DNA from: a phage
DNA length: 64,000 bases
Sequence record: NC_101835.1
Direction: 5' to 3' (one strand)
The notes below the pieces were generated by a model. The model did not search any database. It saw nothing but the letters and a program-made list of their open reading frames with translations, and had not been told where the DNA came from. Both the position numbers and the translations under genes were made by a program. Below, in pieces: positions 28,296 through 38,251 of this stretch (its first letter is position 1; each line of letters begins with the position of its first letter).

Positions 28296-30607
28296 TCACC
28301 AAGGTAATTAAAAGCAACGGATGTGAAGCGGCATTCGACCCAGAACGTTTAAATAAGGCAGCTATTTTCGGTGACGACGGTAACGGAAATTGGTCACATA
28401 TTGCACTGGATGCATACAAACGACTGTATGATGGATGTACGACCAAAGAAGTTAACCAAGCTATCATAGACTCCTGTGTTAGCCGTAAAGACGAAGCACA
28501 TTCCCGTATGGCTGGTCGTGTTCTTATTGGTCAGATTTATAAAGAGGCTTTTGGAGGGTTTACAAAGATCCCTTCCTTACCATCATTTTACAACGACATG
28601 GTTGAGAAAGGGTATTGGGAGGATATGGGTTATAGCTTTACCGAGTTAAACACTTTAGGCACTGTTATTGATCACAGTAAAGATCTCGGTTATGGCTATG
28701 CAGTCCTTAAACAGTTTCGCGACAAATACGGGATCAAGGATACTCTTAAAGACACCCTGTTTGAATCTCCCCAGATGATGTTTATGGGGATAGCAATGGC
28801 TGTCATGAAGAATATGCCGAAAGAACGTCGTATCAACGATGTTGTAAAATTATACACTTATCTGTCCGACTTAAAGATCAATGCCCCGACACCGTACTTA
28901 AACGGGCTGCGCACAGGTAAGACAGGGTATGCATCTTGTTGTGTAATAAAAGCTGACGATACAGCAAAATCTATTGGTGTGGCACGTGAAGTTGCGTACA
29001 CAATGACGGTTAACCAGGCAGGTATCGGCTACTATTTATCCTCAAGATCTGCAGGCGATGGTGTTCGTGGTAACACTATTAAACATATGGGTAAGATTCC
29101 ATATTATCGAGGTATTGATGCTGGGGTTAAGGAGAACAGACAACAATCACGTGGCGGTTCTGCAACAGTATCATTCCTTGCACTGGATCCGCAGATTGAT
29201 GAGCTAATCCGTTTGAGAAACCCTATGACTGTTGCTTCAAAAAGAATCAACACCATGGACTACTCTATAGGTATTAATAGGTCGTTTATCAACCGTGTGG
29301 CTAAGAATTTAGATTGGATGCTTGTTTCTTATAAGCACGCGCCTCAACTGCATGAAGGTATCTTCACCATGTCTATGGAGGAGTTTGATGCAGAGGTTGA
29401 TCGTATCGCTAAAGATGACAGTATTCCTAAAACATGGATCCGAGCTAGAGATCTTGCTGTTGAACTGCTCACGCAGCGTATTGAGGTTGGAAGGCTGTTT
29501 GTATACTGGACAGACGAGATGAATAGACATACACCTTTTAAAGATGTGATCTATTCAAGTAACCTGTGTGCAGAAATAGCCCTCCCGACAAAAGGCTATT
29601 CAGATATGCGTAATATCTTCAAGCACGATGTTGATGATGGCGAAGTTGCATTGTGCTTCCTGTCATCACTTGTAGCTGGAAGGGTTACCCCAGAGGAGTA
29701 TGAGGATGTTGCATACTACACGGTGCTTATGATTGACAATGTTATGGAAATCATGACATATCCGTATGAAAATATGGAGAGTACTGTTAAAAAACGCAGA
29801 TCCATCGGGGTTGGCCTTACCAATGTTGCACATTTTATTGCCAGCCACAAGGTTACTTACGGATCTCCTGAAAGTAAACAGCTTGTTCACGATCTTGCAG
29901 AACTTCACAGCTACAGCTTGCATAAGGCAAGTTTACGGTTGGCAAAAGAGCGTGGTGTCTGCGAGTGGATGCATAAAACAAAATATCCAGAAGGTTGGTT
30001 ACCAATCGACACCTATAACAAAGAGGTCGATAGCGTGGTGAAAGATCCTTCTCTTAAACAGGATTGGGAAGGGTTACGTAAAGAAATCGTTGAAAATGGT
30101 GGGCTACGTAATAGCGTTCTTGAAGCATATATGCCTAATGAAAGCTCTTCGCTGGCAACAAACACCACTAACGGGGTTTATCCTGTCCGTGAGCACATTA
30201 TCTTTAAAAAGTCGCCACAAGGGCAGGTGCTGTTTATCGTTCCTGACTATGATGAGTTGAAAGAGTACTACACTTCGGCTTGGGACGTTGATACTAACGA
30301 CATGATCGATATGTATGCTGTGATTCAAAAATTCACAGGTCAGGCAATCAGCGCGGATTTGTACATAGACTACACCAAGTTGAAAGATGGTAAAATTTCA
30401 ATGAAGGAGCAGCTAGGGTACCTTATCCGTGCCACTAAATTCGGAATGAAGACATGGTATTATTTAAACTCTAGGGTTGGTGCTGGTGACTCCTTGGCAG
30501 AGGAACTTCATGCCAAGAAACAGGCTGAAGATGAAACCAGAAAGAACTATCCTTTGACTGCAGATAGTTCAGTTGAAGATCAGTATTGCGAAAGTTGTGC
30601 ACTATAA
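28292..30607 (+). CDS. nrdA: ribonucleotide reductase class Ia alpha subunit
   Basis: 771 aa; ATP-cone N-terminus; PTPYLNGLRT, SNLCAEIALPT, C-terminal CESCAL as in E. coli NrdA. Confidence 0.9.
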   Translation: MITKVIKSNGCEAAFDPERLNKAAIFGDDGNGNWSHIALDAYKRLYDGCTTKEVNQAIIDSCVSRKDEAHSRMAGRVLIGQIYKEAFGGFTKIPSLPSFYNDMVEKGYWEDMGYSFTELNTLGTVIDHSKDLGYGYAVLKQFRDKYGIKDTLKDTLFESPQMMFMGIAMAVMKNMPKERRINDVVKLYTYLSDLKINAPTPYLNGLRTGKTGYASCCVIKADDTAKSIGVAREVAYTMTVNQAGIGYYLSSRSAGDGVRGNTIKHMGKIPYYRGIDAGVKENRQQSRGGSATVSFLALDPQIDELIRLRNPMTVASKRINTMDYSIGINRSFINRVAKNLDWMLVSYKHAPQLHEGIFTMSMEEFDAEVDRIAKDDSIPKTWIRARDLAVELLTQRIEVGRLFVYWTDEMNRHTPFKDVIYSSNLCAEIALPTKGYSDMRNIFKHDVDDGEVALCFLSSLVAGRVTPEEYEDVAYYTVLMIDNVMEIMTYPYENMESTVKKRRSIGVGLTNVAHFIASHKVTYGSPESKQLVHDLAELHSYSLHKASLRLAKERGVCEWMHKTKYPEGWLPIDTYNKEVDSVVKDPSLKQDWEGLRKEIVENGGLRNSVLEAYMPNESSSLATNTTNGVYPVREHIIFKKSPQGQVLFIVPDYDELKEYYTSAWDVDTNDMIDMYAVIQKFTGQAISADLYIDYTKLKDGKISMKEQLGYLIRATKFGMKTWYYLNSRVGAGDSLAEELHAKKQAEDETRKNYPLTADSSVEDQYCESCAL

Positions 30608-30611
30608 TTTT

Positions 30612-30636
30612 AAAGGGGCTTCGGCCCCATTTTAGA
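30612..30636 (+). terminator. stem-loop, weak terminator or RNA stability element
   Basis: GGGGC-ttcg-GCCCC followed by ATTTTA. Confidence 0.4.
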
Positions 30637-30646
30637 GGTTAGAATA

Positions 30647-31735
30647 ATGGCTGTATTTAATGCTGAGAACACCGCTCATAAAACTGGTGACTATCCGCTG
30701 TTTCTAGGACAGCAAATGGGTATGTACGACTCTATCAACAAAAAATATCCACAACTGTTTGAACTATACAAAAAACAAAAAGAACAAGACTGGGCAGAGG
30801 ATGAAGTGGATTTGTCGCAATCTATTTCAGATTTTGTAACATGCTCAAAGTCAACTTATGACGTGATGGTGCAGACCTTGATGTGGCAATGGGAGGCTGA
30901 TAGCGTTGCGGCAAGATCTATCATTTGTCTGTTTTCACCATTTATCACCAATAGTGAGCTTTTCACTCTATTGATGAAACAGTCAGAGATTGAAGTTCTT
31001 CACGCACTAACTTACTCAGAGATTGTTAGACAATGCCTCCCCAATGCCCGTGAGATTATAGAAGAGATTCAGGAAAACCAAAACGTTCTGAGCAGATCCG
31101 GCGTTATTGTCAAATACATGCAAGAGCTTGAGGTTATTGGTGCAAAATACCGACTGGATCCTTCTAGTGTTGAAGAAGATGTTGTGCGGAAATGCATTCT
31201 TAGAGCGCTTTTTGCACTTTTAGCTCTGGAAAGTATTGAGTTTATTGCAAGTTTTGCATGCACTTTCGCAGTAGCTGAACAGGGTATTTTTGTTCAGGTG
31301 GCGCAGCTTGTTCAAAAAATCATGCTTGACGAAATGCTACATTCGAAAGGTGATTTTGCCATCATTGATATCCTGCTTAATGATCCGGCATGGGAGAAAA
31401 GCTTCCTTGAGATAAAAGGGGAGTTAAAAGAGATTCTTGATGAAGTACGAACCAAAGAGTACGGTTGGAGTGACTATATTTTCAGCGAAGGAAGAGCGAT
31501 TATAGGTCTTAACTCACCGTTGCTTAAAGAATGGGTTGACTATAACTGCTCACCGATTTATGATTACTACGGCATCGACAAAGACTTTGTGCCGCCAACA
31601 AAGGACCCTCTACCGTTTATGCAGGTGTGGATGAAACCTTCATTGCAACAGACGGCGAACCAAGAAATGTCGAACACTGACTACCGCGTCAACACAACTG
31701 TTAACGACGCTGAAGAAGAAATTTGGGAGTTTTAA
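30647..31735 (+). CDS. nrdB: ribonucleotide reductase class Ia beta subunit
   Basis: 362 aa ferritin-like protein directly downstream of nrdA. Confidence 0.8.
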   Translation: MAVFNAENTAHKTGDYPLFLGQQMGMYDSINKKYPQLFELYKKQKEQDWAEDEVDLSQSISDFVTCSKSTYDVMVQTLMWQWEADSVAARSIICLFSPFITNSELFTLLMKQSEIEVLHALTYSEIVRQCLPNAREIIEEIQENQNVLSRSGVIVKYMQELEVIGAKYRLDPSSVEEDVVRKCILRALFALLALESIEFIASFACTFAVAEQGIFVQVAQLVQKIMLDEMLHSKGDFAIIDILLNDPAWEKSFLEIKGELKEILDEVRTKEYGWSDYIFSEGRAIIGLNSPLLKEWVDYNCSPIYDYYGIDKDFVPPTKDPLPFMQVWMKPSLQQTANQEMSNTDYRVNTTVNDAEEEIWEF

Positions 31736-31738
31736 TAC

Positions 31739-32017
31739 ATGAGCTGTGAAAAATCTTTTTTCTTTATTATTTACGGTAAAGATAACTGCCCACATTGTGT
31801 AAGAGCAAAAGAATTTGCAGTCAGTAAGGGTCTGCCTTTTGTATATAAGACACTTGGCGAGGGTTACACAAAAGAAGAGCTTATTGAGAAGTGCAGTCCA
31901 ATCGTACCCAGAACGTTGCCGCAGATCTTCTTAGAAAGTAATCTTGAAAGTGTCCATATAGGCGGTGCCGACGATTTCATCTCTTTTGTTAAGAATGGTT
32001 TTGGAGAGAAAAAGTGA
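31739..32017 (+). CDS. nrdC: glutaredoxin/thioredoxin (T4 NrdC-like)
   Basis: CPHC active site; C-terminal PQIF...HIGGADDF resembles T4 NrdC. Confidence 0.65.
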   Translation: MSCEKSFFFIIYGKDNCPHCVRAKEFAVSKGLPFVYKTLGEGYTKEELIEKCSPIVPRTLPQIFLESNLESVHIGGADDFISFVKNGFGEKK

Positions 32018-32874
32018 AAGTTGTAAAACGGGACGGTAGAGAAGAGGTCTATAACGGAATTAAGGTGATCAAGGCGGCAGAGTCCGCCTTACTTGAGTCT
32101 GGACATACTGAAGAAGAAGCTTACCGGATCGCCTGCGCGGTTAATGAAGTTGTTGCTAACAATCTACCAACCGACCAGTGCACGATCTCTGTAAAAAATA
32201 TCCATATCCTTGTTGAAGACGCTCTTATGGATATGGGTTTAAAATGTGCAGCCAGAGAATACATCCAGTATAGGCAGACAAGAGATAATAACAGAGAGGC
32301 AGGTGGAAAACTGCTTGCAGATATTAGTGGCTTCTTGGATCGCACTTGTGATGAATTTACAAAAGAAAACGCAAATAAGCCTACCAATCATGTACACACT
32401 CATCGTGACCTGCTTGCAGGCATCCTTAGCAAACACCTTGCATCAACACAGATCCTGCCAGACCGTGTCTCAGAAGAGCACAATAGAGGCTTCATCCATG
32501 TGCATGATCTTGACTACTTGATCAGTCCGTTAACAAACTGTTGTTTGGTAAATTATCCAGATATGTTGGAAAACGGATTCAATATTGGTAACGCCCATGT
32601 CAGTAAGCCGAAGTCAATAGGGGTTGCAACAACAATCCTTAGCCAAATCTCTAGTGCGGTAGCTAGTGCTCAATATGGTGGTCAGACTATGAGCCATATT
32701 GATCATTATCTGGCACAGTATGCTGAAGCAACCTATGAGAAGAACCTTAAATTTTGCCAGGAACATTGGTTGCCAGATGCTGAGACTGTTGCAATGCAAA
32801 TGACAGATAAGGACGTGTTTGACAGCATGCAGACGTTGCTTTATCAGATCAACACACTAACCTCGGTAAACGGT
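32014..32874 (+). CDS. nrdD: anaerobic ribonucleotide reductase NrdD, exon 1
   Basis: ATP-cone then collinear with T4 NrdD (HVHDLDY, TNCCLV, ENGFNIGNAHVSKPKSIGVAT); ends NTLTSVNG at GGT|TAA. Confidence 0.8.
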
Positions 32875-33131
32875 TAACAAACTGGCCGTTTTAAAACTCT
32901 GCTAACCTCAGTATGAGGGGTCAGCTGATCGCTGGCTAACGGGGAACGCTAAGGCGAAAGCTATGCCAATCCCGTGACTAGCTTCACAAGGAGTGAGGCG
33001 GTTGTAACGACTAACCTTTTGGTGTAGGGATTATGGAAGATTCCGAAACGCAGAGGTCTGATTAATAATCACACGGTGTGATTTCAGGCAAGAGATAGTC
33101 TGGCCTTGTGGAAACATAAGGGTGGGGACCG
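32875..33131 (+). mobile_element. group I intron 1 in nrdD (ORF-less, ~257 nt)
   Basis: Exon end AAACGGT pairs with intron GCCGUUU (P1 with U-G at splice site); intron ends in G before CAA encoding QTPF, restoring T4-like NrdD sequence. Confidence 0.6.
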
Positions 33132-33431
33132 CAAACCCCTTTTATCACATTAAGTTTAGGTCTGGACACCTCAGTATTTGGTAGAATGATTACCAAAAAC
33201 TACTTGAAAGTCCACAAAATGGGTCTTGGTGAAGAACGTATCACACCTGTGTTCCCTAAAGTGCTGTTCTTCCTAGAAGATGGTGTCAACATGAACCCTG
33301 GAGATCCTAACTATGATTTGAAACGATTAGCTCTGGAATGCTCTGCAGAGCGGATTTATCCTGACTTTGTTTCTGTTCCACTAAATCGTAAAGTGACAGG
33401 CTCGACAGATGGTAAAGTAACGAGCATGGGT
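33132..33431 (+). CDS. nrdD: NrdD, exon 2
   Basis: QTPFITLSLG...ITPVFPK...DPNYDLKRLALEC...SMG collinear with T4 NrdD; frame stops 2 codons after SMG. Confidence 0.75.
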
Positions 33432-34193
33432 AAACTATAACTGCTCATGTAAAATCTATCTAAACGGGGAAACTCCAGAACGGACAATCCCGTGCTAAAC
33501 GTAACAGAACTCCTGACCAAGAGGAGTCCTGAAATGAGAAAACAAATTCGTGATTTTGAAGGTTATGAAATTGACGAGATGGGCAATGTTTATTGCACCC
33601 GCTACGAAAATGAAAGAATTATTCATTCGTGGGAAGAGATAAACACAGGTTACCGTCTTGTTAGGATACGCAAGAACAAAAAGACTGTTTGCCTAAGGGT
33701 TCACAGACTTGTTGCTGAAGCGTTCTTACCAAATCCAGACAATTTACCCTATGTTAAGCACAAAGGGGACAACAGGAAAGATAACAGTGTATACAACCTT
33801 GAGTGGGGAGCTTGCCCAGACAATACGCAAGAAGGATACAACAACAACTGTTATGCTTTTTACACAAGATGCCACGGTGTGAAAGCCACCAACAAATTAA
33901 CTGGTGAGGTTTTCCACTTTAAAAGTCTGAGATGTTGTGCTGATGTTTTAGGAGTGGATAGAAAAAGAATATCTGCTATCCTGAAACGTGGTGCGCCTAA
34001 TAACTATGATTACGAGTTCTGTTACGAAATGCCTAACGACTAACCGTGATGAATGTAGCGGTGTAGGGTGTAAGCCGATGACACTCGAAATGGTAGACAC
34101 ACTAAGTGTGAAGATATAGTCTGATCTGCATGGGAACATGCAGCAGCACGTAAAGGTGCGGGGGTGGACTTGCGAACCACCCTGAACATAATG
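33432..34193 (+). mobile_element. group I intron 2 in nrdD, carrying HNH homing endonuclease ORF
   Basis: Exon end CATGGGT pairs with intron GCTCATG (P1); intron ends in G before TGT encoding CRSF, matching T4 SPMGCRSF. Confidence 0.6.
33492..34043 (+). CDS. HNH homing endonuclease (intron-encoded)
   Basis: GYEIDEMGNVY...HRLVAEAFLPNP...KHKGDNRKDNSVYNLEWG, typical phage HNH family. Confidence 0.7.
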   Translation: MLNVTELLTKRSPEMRKQIRDFEGYEIDEMGNVYCTRYENERIIHSWEEINTGYRLVRIRKNKKTVCLRVHRLVAEAFLPNPDNLPYVKHKGDNRKDNSVYNLEWGACPDNTQEGYNNNCYAFYTRCHGVKATNKLTGEVFHFKSLRCCADVLGVDRKRISAILKRGAPNNYDYEFCYEMPND

Positions 34194-35171
34194 TGTAGAA
34201 GTTTCTTATCGAAATATAGCGACCCTGTAACAGGCGAGGAGAAATACCTTGGCAGATTTAACTTAGGCGTTGTTAGCATTAACCTGCCAATGATTGCGGC
34301 AAAAGCTAAAACGGAAGGTGTTGATTTCTTTGCAGTTCTTGACGAATACCTGGATCTTGCATACGAGGCTCACCTTGTAAGGGTTAATCGTCTAAAAGGG
34401 GCAAAGGCAGGGCAGAACCCTATCATGTGGTGTGAAGGCGCTCTTGCTCGCCTGGATCCTGAAGAGAGTATTGATAAACTCTTCTATGACGGGTACGCTT
34501 CCATCAGTATTGGGTATATTGGTGTGTATGAAACCTGTCAGATTTTGGGCAGAGAGGGTGACAAGGCTTTAGCTCTTGGAATCCTTCAGCACATGAGAGA
34601 TGCTTGTGAGAGATACAAGAAGGAAAGTAGACTAGCGTTTAGCTTGTACGGCACCCCTTCTGAGAGTCTATGCTATAAAGCTGCAACCTGTCTGGATCGT
34701 GAATATCCTGAAGTGTTGAAGCACGAGCATGAATATCTCACCAACAGTTTCCATCAGCCAGTATGGATCAATAGCTCTCCTTTTGATAAGTGGAAGTATG
34801 AGGAAGGTTTTGCTATGATCTCCTCTGGTGGCAACATCGGATACGTAGAGACACCAAATCTGAAAAACAACTTAGATGCTTTGGAAGCTCTTGTTGATTT
34901 CGGATATAAACACATTATGTATTTTGGTATCAACCAGCCTGTGGATAAATGTCTTAAGTGTGGTTTCTCTGGTGAGTTCAGTGCAACAGCTAAAGGGTTC
35001 TGCTGCCCTGCGTGCGGATGCCACGATGAACAATATATCTCAGTGATCCGAAGAGTGTCTGGCTATCTCTCCAGCCCGAACAGTAGACCGTATAACACAG
35101 GTAAACAAGCAGAGGTTATCGAACGTGTTAAACATGTTGGGAATGTAGACTGGTGTCCGTTGAGTAAATAA
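34194..35171 (+). CDS. nrdD: NrdD, exon 3 (glycyl-radical C-terminus)
   Basis: CRSFLS...NLGVVSINLP, zinc ribbon CLKCG...CPACGC, glycyl radical motif RVSGYL. Confidence 0.8.
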   Translation, partial: CRSFLSKYSDPVTGEEKYLGRFNLGVVSINLPMIAAKAKTEGVDFFAVLDEYLDLAYEAHLVRVNRLKGAKAGQNPIMWCEGALARLDPEESIDKLFYDGYASISIGYIGVYETCQILGREGDKALALGILQHMRDACERYKKESRLAFSLYGTPSESLCYKAATCLDREYPEVLKHEHEYLTNSFHQPVWINSSPFDKWKYEEGFAMISSGGNIGYVETPNLKNNLDALEALVDFGYKHIMYFGINQPVDKCLKCGFSGEFSATAKGFCCPACGCHDEQYISVIRRVSGYLSSPNSRPYNTGKQAEVIERVKHVGNVDWCPLSK

Positions 35172-35280
35172 GGAAAGAGATTGAGAGCAAGGATGCTCTC
35201 ATTTTTGTTTTTATTGACTTCTATTCCTCTTTTCTATAGTATGCAATATAAAGTGAATAGCGGAAGGGTCTGGTCTGGTA

Positions 35281-36213
35281 ATGAGGAGACTAACAACCGA
35301 AGAGTTTATAGAAAAAGCTCAGACTATACATGGTGACAAATATGATTACTTCAAAGTGGAGTATAAAAACAACAAGACACCTGTGTGTATAATTTGTCCT
35401 GAGCACGGTGAGTTCTGGCAAACCCCTGTGGCACATGCTTTCAAGAAGCATGGTTGTCCAAGGTGTGGTGGGTCAGCGAAAAAGAACACTGAAGAGTTCA
35501 TAAAAGAGGCTATGGTTGTTCATGGGGACAAGTACGATTACTCATTAGTCAAATATGCGAACATGAGAACGCCTGTAAAAATTGTTTGCCCTGAACACGG
35601 TGTGTTTGAACAATACCCTGAAAACCACTTATACCAAAGAAACGGCTGCCCAGAGTGCTATGACTTAAGACGTGGGCAAAGTCAAGCGTTAACCCATAAG
35701 GAGCATGCTGCAATTATCCACAAAGCCAACCCAGACATAGAAATATTAGAGAAAATTGCCAATGATAACACAAAAGTGCAATGTAGGTGCAAAATTTGTG
35801 GGTATAAGTGGTCTGCTAAACCTAATAACCTAAAAAGTGGTCGTGGCTGCTGTAAATGCGCACAAAATGGATTCTTATCTCATGAGTACGGTAAACTCTA
35901 CATTATGGTTGATGACTTAGAAGTGCCAACACTTATGAAAATCGGTGTATGCGTTAAAATGCACAGGAGGAAAAATGAGGTGCTTAACAGTGCTCGTAAA
36001 TCTGGCGCAGGTGTCCACACTCTTCACGTAGTAAAAACGTGGAGCGGATCAACTCAAAACATGGTAGACTTAGAAAAATCTGTGCATAAGGCCTTCAGCA
36101 AGTATAAAATAAACTTTCCTGTAAAATTTGACGGTAGCACTGAGTTTTTCTACTACAGGCCTGAAGTGTTTGACACGGTAGAAGAGGTATACAAGAAGAT
36201 TTGTGGTAAATGA
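35281..36213 (+). CDS. free-standing homing-endonuclease-like protein: 3 zinc-ribbon repeats plus C-terminal T5orf172 (GIY-YIG-like) domain
   Basis: Three ~60-aa repeats (HGDKYDY...CPEHG...GCPxC) and C-terminal T5orf172-like domain (EFFYY). Confidence 0.5.
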   Translation: MRRLTTEEFIEKAQTIHGDKYDYFKVEYKNNKTPVCIICPEHGEFWQTPVAHAFKKHGCPRCGGSAKKNTEEFIKEAMVVHGDKYDYSLVKYANMRTPVKIVCPEHGVFEQYPENHLYQRNGCPECYDLRRGQSQALTHKEHAAIIHKANPDIEILEKIANDNTKVQCRCKICGYKWSAKPNNLKSGRGCCKCAQNGFLSHEYGKLYIMVDDLEVPTLMKIGVCVKMHRRKNEVLNSARKSGAGVHTLHVVKTWSGSTQNMVDLEKSVHKAFSKYKINFPVKFDGSTEFFYYRPEVFDTVEEVYKKICGK

Positions 36214-36265
36214 TCGTAGAAAGATACACATATCTTAAACATGCTATAAACTAAGGAGGTACAGT

Positions 36266-36382
36266 ATGTCTACAGGTATTTATAAAATTTGCAAGTGCGG
36301 CTGTAGTTGCAATCTTCGTTGGTGCAAGGCACTAGACGATTTTATCTGGCATTGCCCTAAATGTGATGCGGAGTATCTATGA
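36266..36382 (+). CDS. small zinc-ribbon protein (38 aa)
   Basis: AAGGAGG RBS; CKCGCSC...CPKCD; below ORF-track size cutoff. Confidence 0.3.
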   Translation: MSTGIYKICKCGCSCNLRWCKALDDFIWHCPKCDAEYL

Positions 36383-36852
36383 ACATTGTCGGATACACAG
36401 AAATATCTTACACCGAAGGGCCAGGTATTAGAACTGCCTTGTGGGTATCTGGGTGCCCACACGCTTGCCCTGGTTGCTTTAATCAGGCATTTTGGTCAAA
36501 AGATAAGGGGAGGGAGTTCACTGAAGAAGACTTGCAAAAAATCTTGTCAGATTTAGATAACCCGTCTGTGTGCGGTATCTCTCTGCTGGGTGGAGAACCC
36601 TTAGCATACTATAATGAGCCAGATATTATTAGCCTGATGGAGAAAATTAAGGAAAAATTTGGTGACAAGAAAACTATTCTTGTATATACTGGGTTCACAT
36701 TTGACCATATCTCTAGTAATGTTCTTAAACTGGCTGATATCATCATTGACGGTAAGTATGTAAAAGATTTACCAACCAAGAAACCGTTCCGAGGTAGCGA
36801 TAACCAAAGAATGTTTAAAAAAGTAGCAGGCGGTTGGGTCCAGGTAGACTAG
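36379..36852 (+). CDS. nrdG: anaerobic ribonucleotide reductase activating protein
   Basis: Radical-SAM cluster motif CPHACPGC. Confidence 0.8.
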   Translation: MNIVGYTEISYTEGPGIRTALWVSGCPHACPGCFNQAFWSKDKGREFTEEDLQKILSDLDNPSVCGISLLGGEPLAYYNEPDIISLMEKIKEKFGDKKTILVYTGFTFDHISSNVLKLADIIIDGKYVKDLPTKKPFRGSDNQRMFKKVAGGWVQVD

Positions 36853-36855
36853 TTG

Positions 36856-36885
36856 TTGACAAAGCTTTGTTTAGATAGGTATAAT
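36856..36885 (+). promoter_or_regulatory. sigma70-like promoter
   Basis: TTGACA-N18-TATAAT. Confidence 0.45.
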
Positions 36886-36916
36886 TATCGTAAAATGAAA
36901 GCAGAGGAGGTGCCAA

Positions 36917-37030
36917 ATGGCTAAAAAAGCCTTGAAGAAGGCGTACAAGAAAGAGATTGCGCTTGAGCTTAAGAAAAAACACAAGCGTGAAAAGAAACAT
37001 CATGAAGATGAAGAGGGGGTGCAACAGTGA
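36917..37030 (+). CDS. small lysine-rich protein (37 aa)
   Basis: GAGGAGG RBS; below ORF-track cutoff. Confidence 0.3.
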   Translation: MAKKALKKAYKKEIALELKKKHKREKKHHEDEEGVQQ

Positions 37031-37377
37031 CACAAGAACGTATCGATTTGGCTAATAAGTTTGTAGATCTCATTTTGCCACGGTTAGTTACTCAACATGC
37101 AGATGCTATTTCTACTAATCTTGATGGCTTACGTCTAATGCTGAATCGCACAGATGACCCTCGTATTCGGGCTGATTTAGAAGCCTCTGCCAACAAACTG
37201 GAAAAGTTCTTGCAAGTAGGTACGCAAGAAGCCTTACACAAGATTATGGTGGAAGGTTTCTCTAAAGAATTTACCATTAAAGAGCTTAAGGAGCTGATCC
37301 ACCAAGAAGAGATGAATATCCGAGTTCAGGCTGTTGCAAGCAGCATGGAAGCGGCTATTGAAAAACTGTTGCAGTAA
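37027..37377 (+). CDS. hypothetical protein (116 aa)
   Basis: Translationally coupled ORF. Confidence 0.4.
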   Translation: MTQERIDLANKFVDLILPRLVTQHADAISTNLDGLRLMLNRTDDPRIRADLEASANKLEKFLQVGTQEALHKIMVEGFSKEFTIKELKELIHQEEMNIRVQAVASSMEAAIEKLLQ

Positions 37378-37415
37378 AAGTTCCAGACACATCTCAATCT
37401 GAAAGGAGTCCCAAC

Positions 37416-38210
37416 ATGGGTCGAGCTAAAGAAACAAAACGCATGCGTGATGAAGCTAAAGAGGCTCGCAAATCTGATCGCCTGCGTAAAGCTGCTGAGA
37501 AATTTGCTGAAGAACGAGAGCACACAGCTCCAGCTCTCCGACCGATGAATAAAAAACAAGAGTATTATCTCCACCTTCTTAAAACTAAACAGTTAGTGAT
37601 CGCAACAGGGCTGTTTGGCACAGGCAAGTCGTTTATGGCTGCAGCTTATGCTGCAGACCTGCTTCGTAAGAACGAGATTGATAGAATTATTGTTTGCCGC
37701 CCAAATGTTGAATGTGGAAGCCATGGCACGGGGTTCAAACCTGGAGGTGTATTACAGAAAAACGAACCTTTCTTAAAATCAATTTTAGAAACTCTCAAAA
37801 AACGACTCGGACCTGGTGCTTATAGTACGTTATTGGGAGACGGTCAGACTGGGCGCATCGAGGTGCAAGAGGTTGCAACAATCCGAGGTCGAGATTTCTC
37901 TGATCGTTGCATCATCCTAGTTGATGAGTTTCAGTTGACAACCTGTGCAGAGGCTTTGGCAATTGCCACACGGCTTGGTGAGCATGCACAAATGATTTGC
38001 ATGGGAGACTTACGACAGAACGATCTCAAAGGCACCTCAGGACTTCAGTGGCTGATCGACTTTGTAACGAGGCACGAAATCAACGGTGTTGGTATCGTAG
38101 ATTTTGACGAGCCAGAAGATGTGGTTCGCTCAGGTATTGGTAGACTGTTTGCACTAGGCCTTATGACTGACCGTAATAAAGGTGTGTGGACCCCTGAGGC
38201 AGGTTTATAA
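37416..38210 (+). CDS. phoH: PhoH-like ATPase
   Basis: Walker A GLFGTGKS, Walker B ILVDEFQ. Confidence 0.8.
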   Translation: MGRAKETKRMRDEAKEARKSDRLRKAAEKFAEEREHTAPALRPMNKKQEYYLHLLKTKQLVIATGLFGTGKSFMAAAYAADLLRKNEIDRIIVCRPNVECGSHGTGFKPGGVLQKNEPFLKSILETLKKRLGPGAYSTLLGDGQTGRIEVQEVATIRGRDFSDRCIILVDEFQLTTCAEALAIATRLGEHAQMICMGDLRQNDLKGTSGLQWLIDFVTRHEINGVGIVDFDEPEDVVRSGIGRLFALGLMTDRNKGVWTPEAGL

Positions 38211-38251
38211 TATATAGGAGAGAGGGTGATATTATTCACCCTCTATTTAAG

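Noticed and set aside
28292-30607. Small ORFs inside and antisense to nrdA (29309..29530, 29322..29522, 29666..29923, 29766..30041, 30104..30328)
   Set aside because: Embedded in a strongly supported conserved gene; judged frame artefacts
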